A stretch of 64,000 nucleotides of DNA from Octopus vulgaris (GCA_951406725.2 OX597817.1:58094001-58158000); one strand, 5' to 3'; shown: positions 40,399-55,373, counted from the first letter of the stretch. Notes: a model not told the origin generated them from the letters alone. Made by a program: numbers and translations.

Positions 40399-40968
40399 AG
40401 AAAATTATTATTTTAAATCTCACAACAAGAGATATTCAGTAACAATACTTTGGAGTAAAGATTGTTTGCCAACATAACATGGCATCCTGGTTTAGGACAA
40501 ATGTTGCTGCAATTTAACCCCAGGAGACATCGTCTCCAGCTGGCTATATGACACAATCTGTGTCATATTTTCAAACAAGGGAACCTAGCACCCCCACTCA
40601 GCTCAAAACATCTGTGTATCACGATTTCCAGGTTATTTCTCTTTTCATGCTGTGAGATTTACAAATAATAATTTTCTAATTTATAGATCAGTGACTAGTT
40701 GTCACTTTGAAAGCTATATATTTTGAACACGAATTTGGCAGCGCCACCTCTAGCTGAATAATTATTCTGCGCTGATTAAGGGAAATAACCTGGAAATCGT
40801 GATAGACAAATGTTTTGAGCTGAGTGAGGGTGCTAGATTCCCTTGTTTGAAAATATAAGGACACAGATCATGTCGTATAGCAGCCGGAGATGATATCTCC
40901 TAGGGCTAAATTACAGCAACATTCGTCCTAAACCAGGAATGCCATGTTATGTTGGCAAACAATCTTTA
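40399..40968. mobile_element. Retrozyme-like element inserted as an inverted dimer
   Basis: Left part (40399-40645) and right part (40648-40968) are opposite-orientation copies of the 354-bp unit at 56985; 12-bp TSD atctcaacaact at 40387-40398 and 40969-40980; degenerate hammerhead at ~40766-40810. Confidence 0.8.
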
Positions 40969-41061
40969 ATCTCAACAACTGTCCTTCATCAATCAGTAGT
41001 TTTCCCTGTCTTCATTTCCTTAATTGCTCTATCTACCATTCTGTTGTCAACTAGAATTACT

Positions 41062-41295
41062 GGCAATAAGCTGGCAGAAACATTAGCATGCCGGGCAAAA
41101 TGCTCAGTGGTATTTCGTCTGCCATTATGTTCTGAGTTCAAATTCTGCCGAGGTTGACTTTGCCTTTCATCCTTTCGGGGGTCGATAAATTAAGTACCAG
41201 TTATGCACTGGAGACGATATAATCGACTTAATACCTTTTTCTGTCCTTGTTTGGCCCCTCTATGTTTATCCCCTTGTGGGCAATAAAGAAATAAG
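41062..41295 (+). mobile_element. SINE family C (gagctggcaga...gagttcaaattc...gtcgataaattaagtaccag); other copies at ~20170-20400, 22695-23000(-), 28395-28730(-), 32055-32275(-), 35960-36165(-), 47225-47452(-), 61524-61933, 63490-63733(-)
   Basis: tRNA-like A/B boxes; many similar copies in the window. Confidence 0.85.
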
Positions 41296-41574
41296 AATTA
41301 CTGGTATCTCTGTAGAGCCAGAATGAAGTAGCCCTGTTTTAATTCATGCATTCTCCACATTCATCAGCCTTCCATACTAGTTTCAAACTTTAGATTGCGA
41401 CCATGCTGGGCCAGCATCATAAAGAGATTTTAGTCAAACGAATTGACTCCAATATGTTTTTAAACCCTTAAAACTGTCACCCCACCTTCAAGCCCTTAGT
41501 AAGCAATGACAAATGTGCTTACACCATTTTAGATATACATCTTCCCATTAACATCTCTAACACATTGTATTTCA

Positions 41575-42105
41575 AAATGATTGCTGAAGGAGTTGGGGAT
41601 CAGAGCAAATATGCAACAGTGATGAAATGGCACTTGTCTGGAAGCTGACATCAACCAGAACATTTTATTTCTCAAGAAGAAAAATCATCACTAGGGTTTA
41701 AATCTTCTGAAAATCATCTGATGTTTCCACTAAGGAGGAAATGCCACTGGTGATATGAAATTAAAGTCCCTACTTGTGTTTTACACTGAAAATAGAAGGG
41801 TTTTCAAGGGTTCTGCAAAGTTTAATTTACCTTTGATTTAGTCTTCAAGGAAGAAAGCATGGATGACTAAGAACTTTTACAAAGAGTGGTTTCCAAACAG
41901 TTTTTGCTCTGGTGTAGAAAGAGGTGCAGTGCCAAACATAATATTTCCCACAAAACATCGCTCTTTGTAGGCTCCTTGGAGAAAATAGTAAGCCAAGCGA
42001 TCCAATGAACTTGAATAAATTTTCTGATAATGTGAGAAAAGAATACAACAACTTCATTGCTCTCCAGTCAATGGATCAAAGTGTGATGGCTAAGATCAAG
42101 GCATC
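41575..42105 (+). mobile_element. Tigger/pogo DDE transposase remnant
   Basis: ICNSDEMALVWK..RTF/ISQEEKSSLGFKSS...GNATGDMKLK.LLV...KKAWMT...QSMDQSV. Confidence 0.85.
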
Positions 42106-43187
42106 AGCAGAGGATTTTCAGTTTCAGTCTACCAAATCCACTCACAAGGCATTGGTTGACCCAAGGCTATAGTAGAAGACAAAAAGCACCATCCGAATGT
42201 AGCCGATGCCAGCACTGCCTTGACTGGATCCCATGCCAGTGGCACATAAAAGGCACCATCTGATCGTGGTCAATGGCAGTCCCCTCTGGCCCCTGTGCTG
42301 ATGTCACGTAGAAAGCATCCACTACATTCTCGGAGTGGTTGGCATTAGAAAGGGCCCCCAGCTGTAGAAACATTGCCAGGTCAGATTGGAGCCTGATGCA
42401 GCCTCCTGGCTTCCCAGATCCCAGTTGAACCATCCAACCCATGTCAGCATGGAAAACGGACGTTAAACGATGATAATGATGATGATGATGATTTCCCCAA
42501 AGTAACATGCAGTGGGACTGAACTCAGAGCCATGTGGTTGGGAAGCAATTTTTTTACCGCACAGCCACACCTGCACCTAACACAAATGGGTTGAGGTTCC
42601 CTAAAGCAGTTTCAGATTTGCCGTTTTTTAGAGAATATACTGATTACATCATCATCATCATCATTTAACGTCCGCTTTCCATGCTGGCATGGGTTGGACG
42701 ATTTGACTGAGGTCTGGCGAACCAGATGGCTGCACCAGACTCCAATCTGATCTGGCAGAGTTTCTACAGCTGGATGCTCTTCCTAACACCAACCACTCTG
42801 AGTGTGTAGTGAGTGCTTTTATGTGCCACCGACACAAGGGCCAGTCAGGCGGTACTGGCAATGACCACGTCTAAATGGTGCTTTTTACGTGCAACCTGCA
42901 CAGGAGCCAGTCCAGCGGCACTGGCGACGACCTTGCTCAAATGTTTCACATGCCACCAGCACAAATGCTAGTAAGGCGACGTGGTATAAAAAATGTTTTC
43001 TTCAGGTGAATTAAAAACTTTAAATTTTTAATTTTAAATTTTAATTTGGTTCAGAAAAAATTTCAAGATACGGAATGTGTGCTGATCTTTTCATTTCGGT
43101 AACAAGTATGAGAGTTTCTAACATGTCTCCCCCACCAGTCACCTCCTTTCTGCAGCTTCTCTTCTCCTCCCTATGCTACACTCTGTT

Positions 43188-43245
<58 letters not shown>

Positions 43246-43452
43246 TATATATATATACATATACATGCACACACATAGACACACACACACACACATATAT
43301 ATATGTGTGTGTATGTATGTGTGTATGTATATATATATATACTTATATAGATATATATATATATAGTTGAAATTTACAGCAAAAAGATGAAGACAGGTGT
43401 ATAAATAACAAGCAGGTGTATTAGTTTGATGCTATTATACATATATACATAC

Positions 43453-43487
<35 letters not shown>

Positions 43488-44192
43488 ATCTTAGCATGTA
43501 TGTATGTGTGTAGTTAAGCCCAAGGTTATAAACATTTGCCAAAGTGCAGTGCAGAGAGTTCAAACTCTGAGCAATGTGGTTGTGAATCCAAGTTGTTTAC
43601 AGCACCTGGCAGAGATGTCTGGATTGACTATAATCTATTGATTAGTTGTAAGCAGAGACAAGGTCAAGTATGTGAGGAGGGAAGTGAGGGAGGATTGAAC
43701 CAATGTACCCTGCCATTATGTCACTGCTACTTACTTGATTGGAAATAATAAAGAAAAACAGAGAAAAAAGGCAAAAAAAAGTAGTGCAAATAAATAGACA
43801 GACGGCCAACTAAAAAAATTTACACACACACACACATAATGTGTGTTTGTGAGGGGTGATGAGTGTATACCCATGCATACATACACATACACACACATGT
43901 ATGTAGAGACACAGACAGACAGACTAGTAAGTAGGTTTGTAGCTAGACAGGTGGGTAGGTATATGTATACATTAATATGTAGGTAGACAGGGGCAAATGA
44001 GAGTGTATTTATATATATATATATATATATATATACATACACACACACATACATACACACACACACATATACATACATATACTTACATATATGCATATAT
44101 ATGTGCATATATACACATATATATGAGTACCTTATTTTTTCTAATATATAATACCTGTGTATCACCTCCAAACCTTCTAATATATGTGTGTG

Positions 44193-44236
<44 letters not shown>

Positions 44237-44239
<3 letters not shown>

Positions 44240-46685
44240 GTTAATAAAATATATGCATATATATAAACATATATGTACGTACCTACCTCTACATGTACAT
44301 ATACACGCATATATGTGTACAGGACACCAAAAAGACGTCGAACACATAGAGAGACGAAAAACATAGACACAAACCAAGGAACAAGACAGGCAAAAAAAAA
44401 GAGAGATGCAGGACAATAAGCACAACGAAAAATCCCCTTCTTCAGTCGCTAAAGTTTCATCTACTAAACGTTTCGAAGGATAAAAGCGAGACGTATACTT
44501 CGAATGAAAAATTCCTTCCTGCGAAAAGCAAATCAATTAAAATTCTGAGATCTTTTCGCAGAGGGGTAAAAAAGCAAGACGGTAACGACAGTACAAACAT
44601 ATAAACAGTAAGAAATATATATATAAACAGTGGAAAAATAAATATATAACAGTGAGAGACAGGACAAGGAGAACAAGATAAGAAGGGCTGTTAACGCCAG
44701 ACGAAAAAAGTATTGCAAACGCTGGATTATAGTGGACGACGAGAGAGGAAGATGTCGACCAGTGGCCTTAGAAGGCGGGCGAGAAAGGACAGGATAGCAG
44801 TTACGACGGAAGTAACGTCGCAGATGGACGACGGGAATGGGGGAGGAGGAGCAAGAGGAAGAGAGAGAAGAAGGGGAATGGTGCGAGGAGACCATGAAGA
44901 ACAGTGAGGGGAGAGAGAAAGGAAGAGACAAGTTAAGTGAGGGAAAAAAGACGAAAAAGGGAATGGGAGAGAAAGAAAGAAAGAAAGATGCAGAGTCGCG
45001 TGAGAGTTAATATCAAGGCGAACTTGATAAACAGAACAATCTTACTTAATAGGGTGCGTGCGTTTAGTCGTATAATATGTTAATAAAATATATGCATATA
45101 TATAAACATATATGTACGTACCTACCTCTACATGTACATATACACGCATATATGTGTACAGGACACCAAAAAGACGTCGAACACATAGAGAGACGAAAAA
45201 CATAGACACAAACCAAGGAACAAGACAGGCAAAAAAAAGAGAGATGCAGGACAATAAGCACAACGAAAAATCCCCTTCTTCAGTCGCTAAAGTTTCATCT
45301 ACTAAACGTTTCGAAGGATAAAAGCGAGACGTATACTTCGAATGAAAAATTCCTTCCTGCGAAAAGCAAATCAATTAAAATTCTGAGATCTTTTCGCAGA
45401 GGGGTAAAAAAAGCAAGACGGTAACGACAGTACAAACATATAAACAGTAAGAAATATATATATAAACAGTGGAAAAATAAATATATAACAGTGAGAGACA
45501 GGACAAGGAGAACAAGATAAGAAGGGCTGTTAACGCCAGACGAAAAAAGTATTGCAAACGCTGGATTATAGTGGACGACGAGAGAGGAAGATGTCGACCA
45601 GTGGCCTTAGAAGGCGGGCGAGAAAGGACAGGATAGCAGTTACGACGGAAGTAACGTCGCAGATGGACGACGGGAATGGGGGAGGAGGAGCAAGAGGAAG
45701 AGAGAGAAGAAGGGGAATGGTGCGAGGAGACCATGAAGAACAGTGAGGGGGAGAGAGAAAGGAAGAGACAAGTTAAGTGAGGGAAAAAAGACGAAAAAGG
45801 GAATGGGAGAGAAAGAAAGAAAGAAAGATGCAGAGTCGCGTGAGAGTTAATATCAAGGCGAACTTGATAAACAGAACAATCTTACTTAATAGGGTGCGTG
45901 CGTTTAGTCGTATAATATGTTAATAAAATATATGCATATATATAAACATATATGTACGTACCTACCTCTACATGTACATATACACGCATATATGTGTACA
46001 GGACACCAAAAAGACGTCGAACACATAGAGAGACGAAAAACATAGACACAAACCAAGGAACAAGACAGGCAAAAAAAGAGAGATGCAGGACAATAAGCAC
46101 AACGAAAAATCCCCTTCTTCAGTCGCTAAAGTTTCATCTACTAAACGTTTCGAAGGATAAAAGCGAGACGTATACTTCGAATGAAAAATTCCTTCCTGCG
46201 AAAAGCAAATCAATTAAAATTCTGAGATCTTTTCGCAGAGGGGTAAAAAAAGCAAGACGGTAACGACAGTACAAACATATAAACAGTAAGAAATATATAT
46301 ATAAACAGTGGAAAAATAAATATATAACAGTGAGAGACAGGACAAGGAGAACAAGATAAGAAGGGCTGTTAACGCCAGACGAAAAAAGTATTGCAAACGC
46401 TGGATTATAGTGGACGACGAGAGAGGAAGATGTCGACCAGTGGCCTTAGAAGGCGGGCGAGAAAGGACAGGATAGCAGTTACGACGGAAGTAACGTCGCA
46501 GATGGACGACGGGAATGGGGGAGGAGGAGCAAGAGGAAGAGAGAGAAGAAGGGGAATGGTGCGAGGAGACCATGAAGAACAGTGAGGGGGAGAGAGAAAG
46601 GAAGAGACAAGTTAAGTGAGGGAAAAAAGACGAAAAAGGGAATGGGAGAGAAAGAAAGAAAGAAAGATGCAGAGTCGCGTGAGAG
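44237..46685. repeat. Tandem array, period 839-840 bp, structure A-B-A-B-A (A ~770 bp, B ~69 bp)
   Basis: ttaataaaat recurs at 44241, 45080 and 45920; copies differ essentially only in homopolymer length; flanked by (TA)n on both sides. Confidence 0.95.
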
Positions 46686-46778
46686 ATATATGTACACATA
46701 TATGTATATATATATATGTACACACATATGTATATATATATGTGTGCATGTGTACATATATACATATATATATATATG

Positions 46779-46821
<43 letters not shown>

Positions 46822-46832
46822 GTATATATATA

Positions 46833-46964
<132 letters not shown>

Positions 46965-46999
46965 CACATATGTATGTATGTATGTATGTATAGTCATAC

Positions 47000-47930
47000 C
47001 TGATGATTTCAGTCACACCCAATGACTGGCATGGCAGCATCTTCATAAAGTGCTTCAAATGCAAAGGAGATGGCTTTGAGAGTAGCAACTACAGAAGAAT
47101 CCAATATCTGGATTAAGTAGGGAAGGTCATGGAGGGAGCCAAAGCACAGTTCATTTATTGCAGAGTAGACCTAGATGAGATGCAGTTTGGTTTTGTGTTC
47201 ACAAAAAATTACCATGTATACAATCTATTTCTTTACTACCCAGAAAGGGCTAAACACAGAGAGGACAAACAAGGACAGACAAATGGATTAAGTCGATTAG
47301 ATCGACCCCAGTGCATAACTGGTACTTATTTAATCGAAAGGATGAAAGGCAAAGTCGACCTCAGTGGAATTTGAACTCAGAACATAGCGGCAGACGAAAT
47401 ACTGCTAAGCATTTCACCTGGCATGCTAACGTTTCTAGCAGCTTGCCGCCTTGGATACCATGGATGCAATCTTCCCTGTGAGACACCTGGAAGAAAATAC
47501 CTGGCTACAAATAAAATGCTATTCTTGGCTTCTCTTGATTTGGGGAAAATATATGACAGGGTACCATGCTCAGTAATTTGGTGGTCATTGAGGAAATCGG
47601 ACAAAGATGCAGTGAGTGAAGTGCAAGTTGACAAGGATTTCAGTGGCAAATTTAGGAATTCATCAAGGCTCAGTCCTGTCGTCTCCTATACCTGATGATC
47701 CAAAAGGCCATCACATAGGAGTTTAAGACAGAATGTTCTTGGGAACTGCTGTTTGCTGGTGATCCAGTTCTCATAGCTGAATCAATAGGAGGATTAGTGG
47801 GGAAATTCTGTACATGGAGACTAAATCCAGTATCAAGAGGTCTTAAGGTAAACTTTGCAAAGACAAAAAGTTTTAGTAAGTAGGAAGAAAGAGTGGACCC
47901 TGGTACCTTCAGAGAAATGGCCTCAAGGTA
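47000..47930 (+). mobile_element. Degenerate RTE-type LINE reverse transcriptase fragment interrupted by a SINE
   Basis: DLDEMQFGFV, DAIFPVR, DLGKIYDRVP..VIWWSLRK, HQGSVL, WELLFAGD; SINE flanked by taccatgtatacaatct / taccatggatgcaatct. Confidence 0.85.
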
Positions 47931-48705
47931 CCCAGGGTCCTGTCTTTTTCATTCCCTCCCCCACTGACCCACCAATTTATCTCCCCCCACACACACACAC
48001 TACACCTGATTCCATCTCCCAACGCCTGCAACCTCACCCAACTATTGTCCTATCTCTTTTGTCCTCTCCCTATAAGATGCTGCATCATCATTACATTACA
48101 TCGTTACTCTCCTGCCGCACTTCCCCTCCATTCTACCCCTCCTTACCTTTCCCAGTTCATGCATCATTGCTCACCTATCACTCCTTACATCCACCCTTCC
48201 ACCTTACCCAATTTTTATAGCTGTTGCCAACTTCCAATTCCTCCATCTCTTGTCAACCCCATCCATGTTCCTAGTTCCTCTCTCCCTACTCTCCCCTCTC
48301 ACCTTGAGAAGCCAGATGGACATGCAACTCCCTCTAACCTTTCTCACCCTCTCTTCTAAATATGAGTAGTCATGCAGCTCCTCTACAACAACAACTTGCT
48401 CACTAACCCACTTCTCTCATACTTGAAGCCCCTACAAGAACCTGCTCACTTCTCTCATACTTTAAGCCCCTCATTTCCTCACATGTTGCCATCTCTAGGT
48501 TTTGTCATGTTGTGAGCTACATGGCAACTCCACAGATGCTGGTACCACATAAAAAGCACCCAATACTCTCTGTAATGTGGTTGGCATCAAGAGAGACAGG
48601 ACATCCAGCCATAGAAACCATGCCAAAACCAACCCACGATTTCAGTACAGCCTTATGGCTTGCCTGAACCCATCAAATTGCCCAACCCATCATAACAGCT
48701 GTTGT

Positions 48706-48737
<32 letters not shown>

Positions 48738-50229
48738 GTCATCATGGAAGAGTTTGGAACTGATAGATTGAAAGAACTTCAAGATGCTGAAAGCCTTTTA
48801 CTCATGATTCAAATTTACAGTGGAATAGATTGTGGTATGAGTCAATCACAAGGTTTGGGTCAATTACAAAGCATGGAATTGAACCTGGAACCTTGGGATT
48901 GTGAAACAAATGTTTAACCATTTGGTCACATTGTATCGAATTCATTCATAAACACACTCATGTAGAGATACACACACACACAAACATCTGCATCTGTTGC
49001 CCAGCATTCAGTGTAGAGACTAGGAGAGATGTTTGGTCTTTCAACACTGACCGGTCCTCTTCTACCATTGGTCATTATCTGTGGAGAAGGTCAGTAAGCT
49101 TTGTTGAATCTGATATGGCACTGGGATAGATTCTTGTTGCACACACACACACACACACACACATGCACGTGCATGCATGCACACACACGCACACACACGT
49201 GCACACATACAAGCACACACACATGCACACACACACATACACATATATATATATGTATGTGTGTGTTTGTGTGTGTGTGTACATTTACGCACATGTGCTA
49301 TGAATGTATATATACACATATCCACACATAGAAACCATATTTGTTTTTTATTGGTTTTATGCGTAGAAAGAAGCTGTGCACATGGCCTTTACGGGTCTTC
49401 GGAGACCAACACTATTAACAAATGCCCACACATAACTCATCTACATAGACATACCCACAGGCATACACATAACCTTACACAGGCATATACATACAAGCAG
49501 AAACATATATATGCATACACATAGACACACAGTCTCTAACACACACAGATATACACACATACATACACATACCCAACACACACACAAATGCACACACACA
49601 TACATGCAAGTATACATACATAGATTTTTATATGCATCCATAAACATATACATATATATATACACAATACATCCACATATATATACACACATACAGATAC
49701 ACGCATAAACCCCCACACATAGAATGTATGCATATCCATACACACATACATATATGCACACAATCTGCCACTTCCTCACGTATATATATACACATACAGA
49801 AGCACAAATATACAACACACATGTATACACACACACATCGCACACACAAACACACACAAACACTCACACACACACACATGCACACATATACACACATGCA
49901 CACACACACATGCACACATATACACACATGCACACACACACATGCACACATACACACACAAAGCTATATTTCTAAATTAATACCATTAATTTAGAAATAT
50001 AAATGTTTATCTTAATTAAAATCTAAATACAACATTTAATGACCAATCCAAACTTCAGTTTATTTCACAGCTTTAAATCGCTTCTCCGCATCAAGCCACC
50101 ATACTGGAACATCCTTCCCTTCATCTTTTCCACCCACCATTTCTGAGAATGTCACAGGGTCAGAATCTTCAGGCATCTCCTCTCTGCCCCCGTGTGCTTC
50201 TACCAGAAGCAAACATCCCTAGGTTTCTC

Positions 50230-50430
50230 TGCTGGCTTTCTAAGTTTGATCAATTGAGACCATAGACATTAACCAAGTGTCTCATTCTTGGTTTGCCCCT
50301 AGGTCTCCTGCCAGTTGGTTCAGCTTAAAGAATCCGCCCTGTGATCCTTACCTGTGACATTCTAATTGCATGGCCATGGTACAGCAGCTGTGATCTCTCA
50401 ATGCAAAGAAATGGCAGCTCAACCTGGGTA
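50230..50430 (-). mobile_element. RTE LINE C-terminal remnant
   Basis: IERSQLLYHGHAIRM...EPTGRRPRGKPR. Confidence 0.7.
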
Positions 50431-50689
50431 GTTTCCTTGCTATTGTTGTTGGTGTTGTTGTAGAAATTGCATGATGAAAGCCCAATGACTGGAACAAGGC
50501 CATTTGCAGAGATTCCCAATGGCCCCAAGGTAGACGAGGCCTTTAGTGCTTTTGCTGTTTATCCAAAAGAAGATAATTCAAGACAAACCCTGCATACTGG
50601 TAACTATTAGGTTCATGACATTTGTGACCCTAGACCTATGCAAGTTTGAAGGATGAGAGAGTGAGACTGGCTCTGCACAAACCATGACC

Positions 50690-50753
<64 letters not shown>

Positions 50754-51950
50754 TTCATTGTGCCAGTGCCATTCCTGTGTTGGTGTCACATAAAGTATGC
50801 CTGTGATGGTGCCATGTAAAAAGACGGTGCTCCAGCATGGCTGCAGTCAAATGACTGAAACAAGTAAAAGAATAAAAGAATATATATATATACATCATCA
50901 TCATCATCATTGTTTAACATCTGCCTTCCGTGCTGGCATGGGTGGGGGCTTCTTTCAGTTTCCGTCTACCAAATCCACTAACAAGGGTTTGGTCAGCCCA
51001 AGGCTATAGTAGAAGACACTTGCCCAAGTTGGACTGAACCTGGAACCATGTGGGTGAGAAGCAAACTTCTTACCCAGTCAAACTGACCAACAGGCCACCA
51101 ACGCATATGGAATCTCCATAAAACCATTCTGACTTATAGAATATATCGGCTGATTTATTAGAAGATATTAAATATCACAAGCAGAAGATATAATGATATT
51201 GCAGATGACATATTTACAGGAATGGATGTTCCTCCTGGGACTTGTGGACAAATCTTTGACCTTCTCCATATTGTGGCCTATACTGATGCCAAGGGAGTTG
51301 GCCAGTCAAAAGTGAGTCGATTTTATGAAGACACACGGACAGACCCACACATTTAGATATATGCATGTGTTAGTATGTGTCACTGTGTATGCGACTGAAT
51401 CTGTGTGTGTACATGGATGTGCGTGTGTGTATGTGTATGTATATGTGTGTGTGTATGTGCATAAGTGTGTGTGTGTGCATATGTGTGTATATATATATAT
51501 AAGTGATACATATTATGTATATATATGTATATACATACATATATATATAGATAAAACTTACTTGGAAGTGGATGCATGGCATTCGATCATATAATAATAC
51601 AAATAATATATAAATATATGTATATATGCATACATATATGTACATACCGACATGTATATATGTATATATACATGCATCTATGGGTACAGAACATTAAAAA
51701 AATGAAGACAAAATGAGAAATGAGGACAAAAATAAAAACATGGAAAACAACCTTTTTTCGAACAATGAAAGAAAGAAACAGAGAAACAAGACAAACAACA
51801 TAAAGAACATTCCCTTCATCAGTTGTCCCCTGTTTTATCTACTCCGTGCTTTGAAGGTAGGAACAAGATGCGACTTTGTTAAAACAGTCCTTCCTGGCAT
51901 ATATATACATTATATAAATATTTGTATGTATGTATATGTACATATGTAAG

Positions 51951-52001
<51 letters not shown>

Positions 52002-53591
52002 ATATGATAATTATCTTCATCAGCACCACCACCATCATCATTGTCAATGTCAGTGTTATTTTATGCCCACTTTCCATGCTGTGAAGTACATGGCCTAGTG
52101 GTTAGGGCGTTTGCACTCAAAACTGCCAGATCATGAGTTCAATTCCTGGACTGGGCAGTGTGTTGTGTTCTTGAGAAAAACTCTTCATTTCACATCGTTG
52201 TAGTACTGTGTTTGGACTGGCAAGCCAAAGAATAGACTCAGCGTTCCCTTTGCATGTCATAAAAGGTGACTAAACGAGGTTGAAGGTAGGATTAGCACTC
52301 TAACCTCATAAAACCCTCACCAGTAATGACTGCCCAGACAGACCCATGGATTGGAGGGTTGTCACCTGAAAGGTGTCATCCATCAGGAGTGGGGAACCAC
52401 TAACAAGTGGTGGATGCAAAAACACACTGTTACAGCATATGCCCCCCTCATACTACTACTACTACTACTTTCCATACTGGCATGTTTTGGATGGCTGACC
52501 ATGATAGGGGTCAGCATGTATAAGAGGGGTCCTGCTCACCTAGATAGGTTGGGAGACCTCATCTCAATCAGATTTCGTTTTAGGTTTTACTTCCAACAGC
52601 TGGATGCTCTTCCTAGCACCATTCGCTTTACAGACTGCACTGGATACATTTTATGTGCCACCAGCACTTTAGAGATGACATGTTTTTAACAAGAGCAAAG
52701 AACGGTAGTGGATTCAAAACTGAATCACTAGATAACCATTTTGACATCACGGCCAAGCCACAACAGTTTCACATGGTCAGCCAATTAACTTTCTCATTGA
52801 TCCATATTGATCCATATATAAAGGTGTTTTGTTGGGGCTGTAACCCCAGAATGTTGAAACCACTGCTTCATGTCTTCATTCTCATTTCATTCACCAGCCA
52901 TTGGCTAAAAGAGGGCACAGATTTTGTTGCCACGAACATAGAGTGATTATTTTCCAATTATGATAAGCCAGCCATAATTGCTTATATATCAGTGAAATTG
53001 TCCTACATCCCAGTAGTCTGTCTCCCCCAATATGTAAATGTCACTGTTAGTTTTGGTCAAAAAGTAAACACAGAAAACATTATGCGGTTATGTGCAGTTA
53101 ATAAATCTTCTGTTAATTATTTGCGAGTGTTGTTAATTACTTCAACATGCAACCTTAGAAATACATTTTCATTCACCAGCAACTACAACAACAACAATTC
53201 CTACAACAGGACTTTCACAACTTCACATTTTAAACACAATACCATACTATAGTGGAGGCGTTTTTATTGTGGCTCTAACAATTCTTCAACATAACTAAAA
53301 GAACAGCTTAATGCCTTGTCTCTACTTCATCACCATCCTCTTTAAAGTGTGAGAAATGTGACTGAAAGAGGCATAAATGGTAGTGATGGGAAGGGTATGC
53401 GATGGAAGGGGAGAGAGATAGGGGTACTGAGTGTTCTGAGATATGTGTGAATATAAACAAGCTAAGCTGAGAGAGGTGGTAGGGGAAGTGGGAGATGTCT
53501 ATGAGACTCATGGGATAGAGTGTGATGACAAAGAAACATGCATATTTGTATTATGATATATATATATTTACACACACACACACAAATATCA

Positions 53592-53642
<51 letters not shown>

Positions 53643-53651
53643 CATACATAT

Positions 53652-53724
<73 letters not shown>

Positions 53725-53917
53725 CACTAGCCACTACACACTCTTTATTTTCTCTCCTTGTTTCTTTGTGTGTTCCTTTGCGTGGAAAAGCGTAGGCTCG
53801 AAACGTTAAAGACTTTTTCATTTCCTGAGTGTTATACTAATAGATCTGTTTATTGTCTACACCACCTGTCATCATCTTTTTTTTTGTAAATTCCAACTAT
53901 ATATATATATACATATA

Positions 53918-54230
53918 CGAGGGTGAGTAAAAAAGTAATGCCATTTTGTTTTGGACAGGTATAATTACCAACACAGGAACATGTATCATACATCAAAATA
54001 AAGCTGGTCCTCTATGGATCACATCCCTACTTCTCAACATAGTCACCATTTCTCTTAATAGCAATGTTCCACCTTCAAATGAGAGCATGTATCCCTGCCC
54101 CATAAAATTCTGTTGACTCTTCTTTGAGCCACTTCTTCACAACAGTTTTCACTCCCTCATCACTAGACTCATCTCTTTGGCCCCATGAAAGAGGAATTGA
54201 GAGCAAACATTATTTCAGCTGGTTCCGATA
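53918..54230 (-). mobile_element. Mariner 3' remnant with TIR
   Basis: VKTVVKKWLKEESTEFYGAGIHALI*RWNIAIKRNGDYVEK*; end tacgagggtgag. Confidence 0.8.
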
Positions 54231-55284
54231 ATTGATAACTGTTTGATATAAGTACGCATATTATGCATGTAAGTCCAATATTAAATTAATATTATAGGTA
54301 AATATTAAAGCAAAGGAAAAATATCATCATCATCATCGTCGTTTAACATCCACTTTCCATGCTAGCATGGGTTGGACGATTTGACTGAGGACTGGCAAAC
54401 CAGATGGCTGCACCAGGCTTCAATCTTGATCTGGCAGAGTCTCTACAGCTGGATGCCCTTCCTAACGCCAACCACTCCGAGAGTGTAGTGGGTGCTTTTA
54501 CATGTCACTAGCACAGGGCCAGTCAGACGGTACTGGCAATGACCTCGCTCGATTCTTTTACATATGCTAGCGGCACAGGTGCCAGTAAGGCGATGCTGGT
54601 AACGATCACACTCAAATGGTGTCTTTTACATGCCATCGGCACGGAGGCCAGATAGCCACTCTGGCAACGATCATGCTCGGATGGTGCTCTTAACACCCTA
54701 CTAGCACGGGGCTTGAGTGCCAGTAAAGTGACACTGGTAATTATCACACTCGAATGGTGCTTTTTATGTGCCACTGGCATAATCAATCAAAATCCATGCT
54801 GTATTAACAATTCATTCATTATCTGAAACAGCTGTAAAGAAAAAATGTCATTATGCACACACACTCACACACACATATTGTAAGTCTGTATTGGGTAAAA
54901 AGCTGGGGTATTCCTTATTCAGCACTCAAACAAAATTCTGGTTGTCTACACTTTAATACAGGTACTCCAAGTTAAACAAGTCCACTGGCACTGAGACTCC
55001 ATTGACAGATGTATAAGTTATTCTTAGAGTAACATATATGCCAAGGAAGAAGGTGCAGAGCCTGTCTAGCACAAGTTTTATACTTGTTACAATCGTTCAG
55101 TTTCAAAATATATCCCTTATAAATGATTAGATGTGATAAAATATTGAATATCCATATAAATTTACACCTGGATGAAGGTGAGTATGATAGAGTGACACTT
55201 TATCAGTCTAGTTTTATGTAGTCCCACCACGACATGGTGTGGCAGGGAGGGGAGCTGATTAGGGTTGTTTATATAATAATAATG

Positions 55285-55316
<32 letters not shown>

Positions 55317-55335
55317 GATGATGATGATGATGATG

Positions 55336-55373
<38 letters not shown>

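Noticed and set aside
44533-46585. ORFs repeated three times (MQTLDYSG..., MVSSHHSP...)
   Set aside because: By-products of the tandem array; frames change with homopolymer length between copies.
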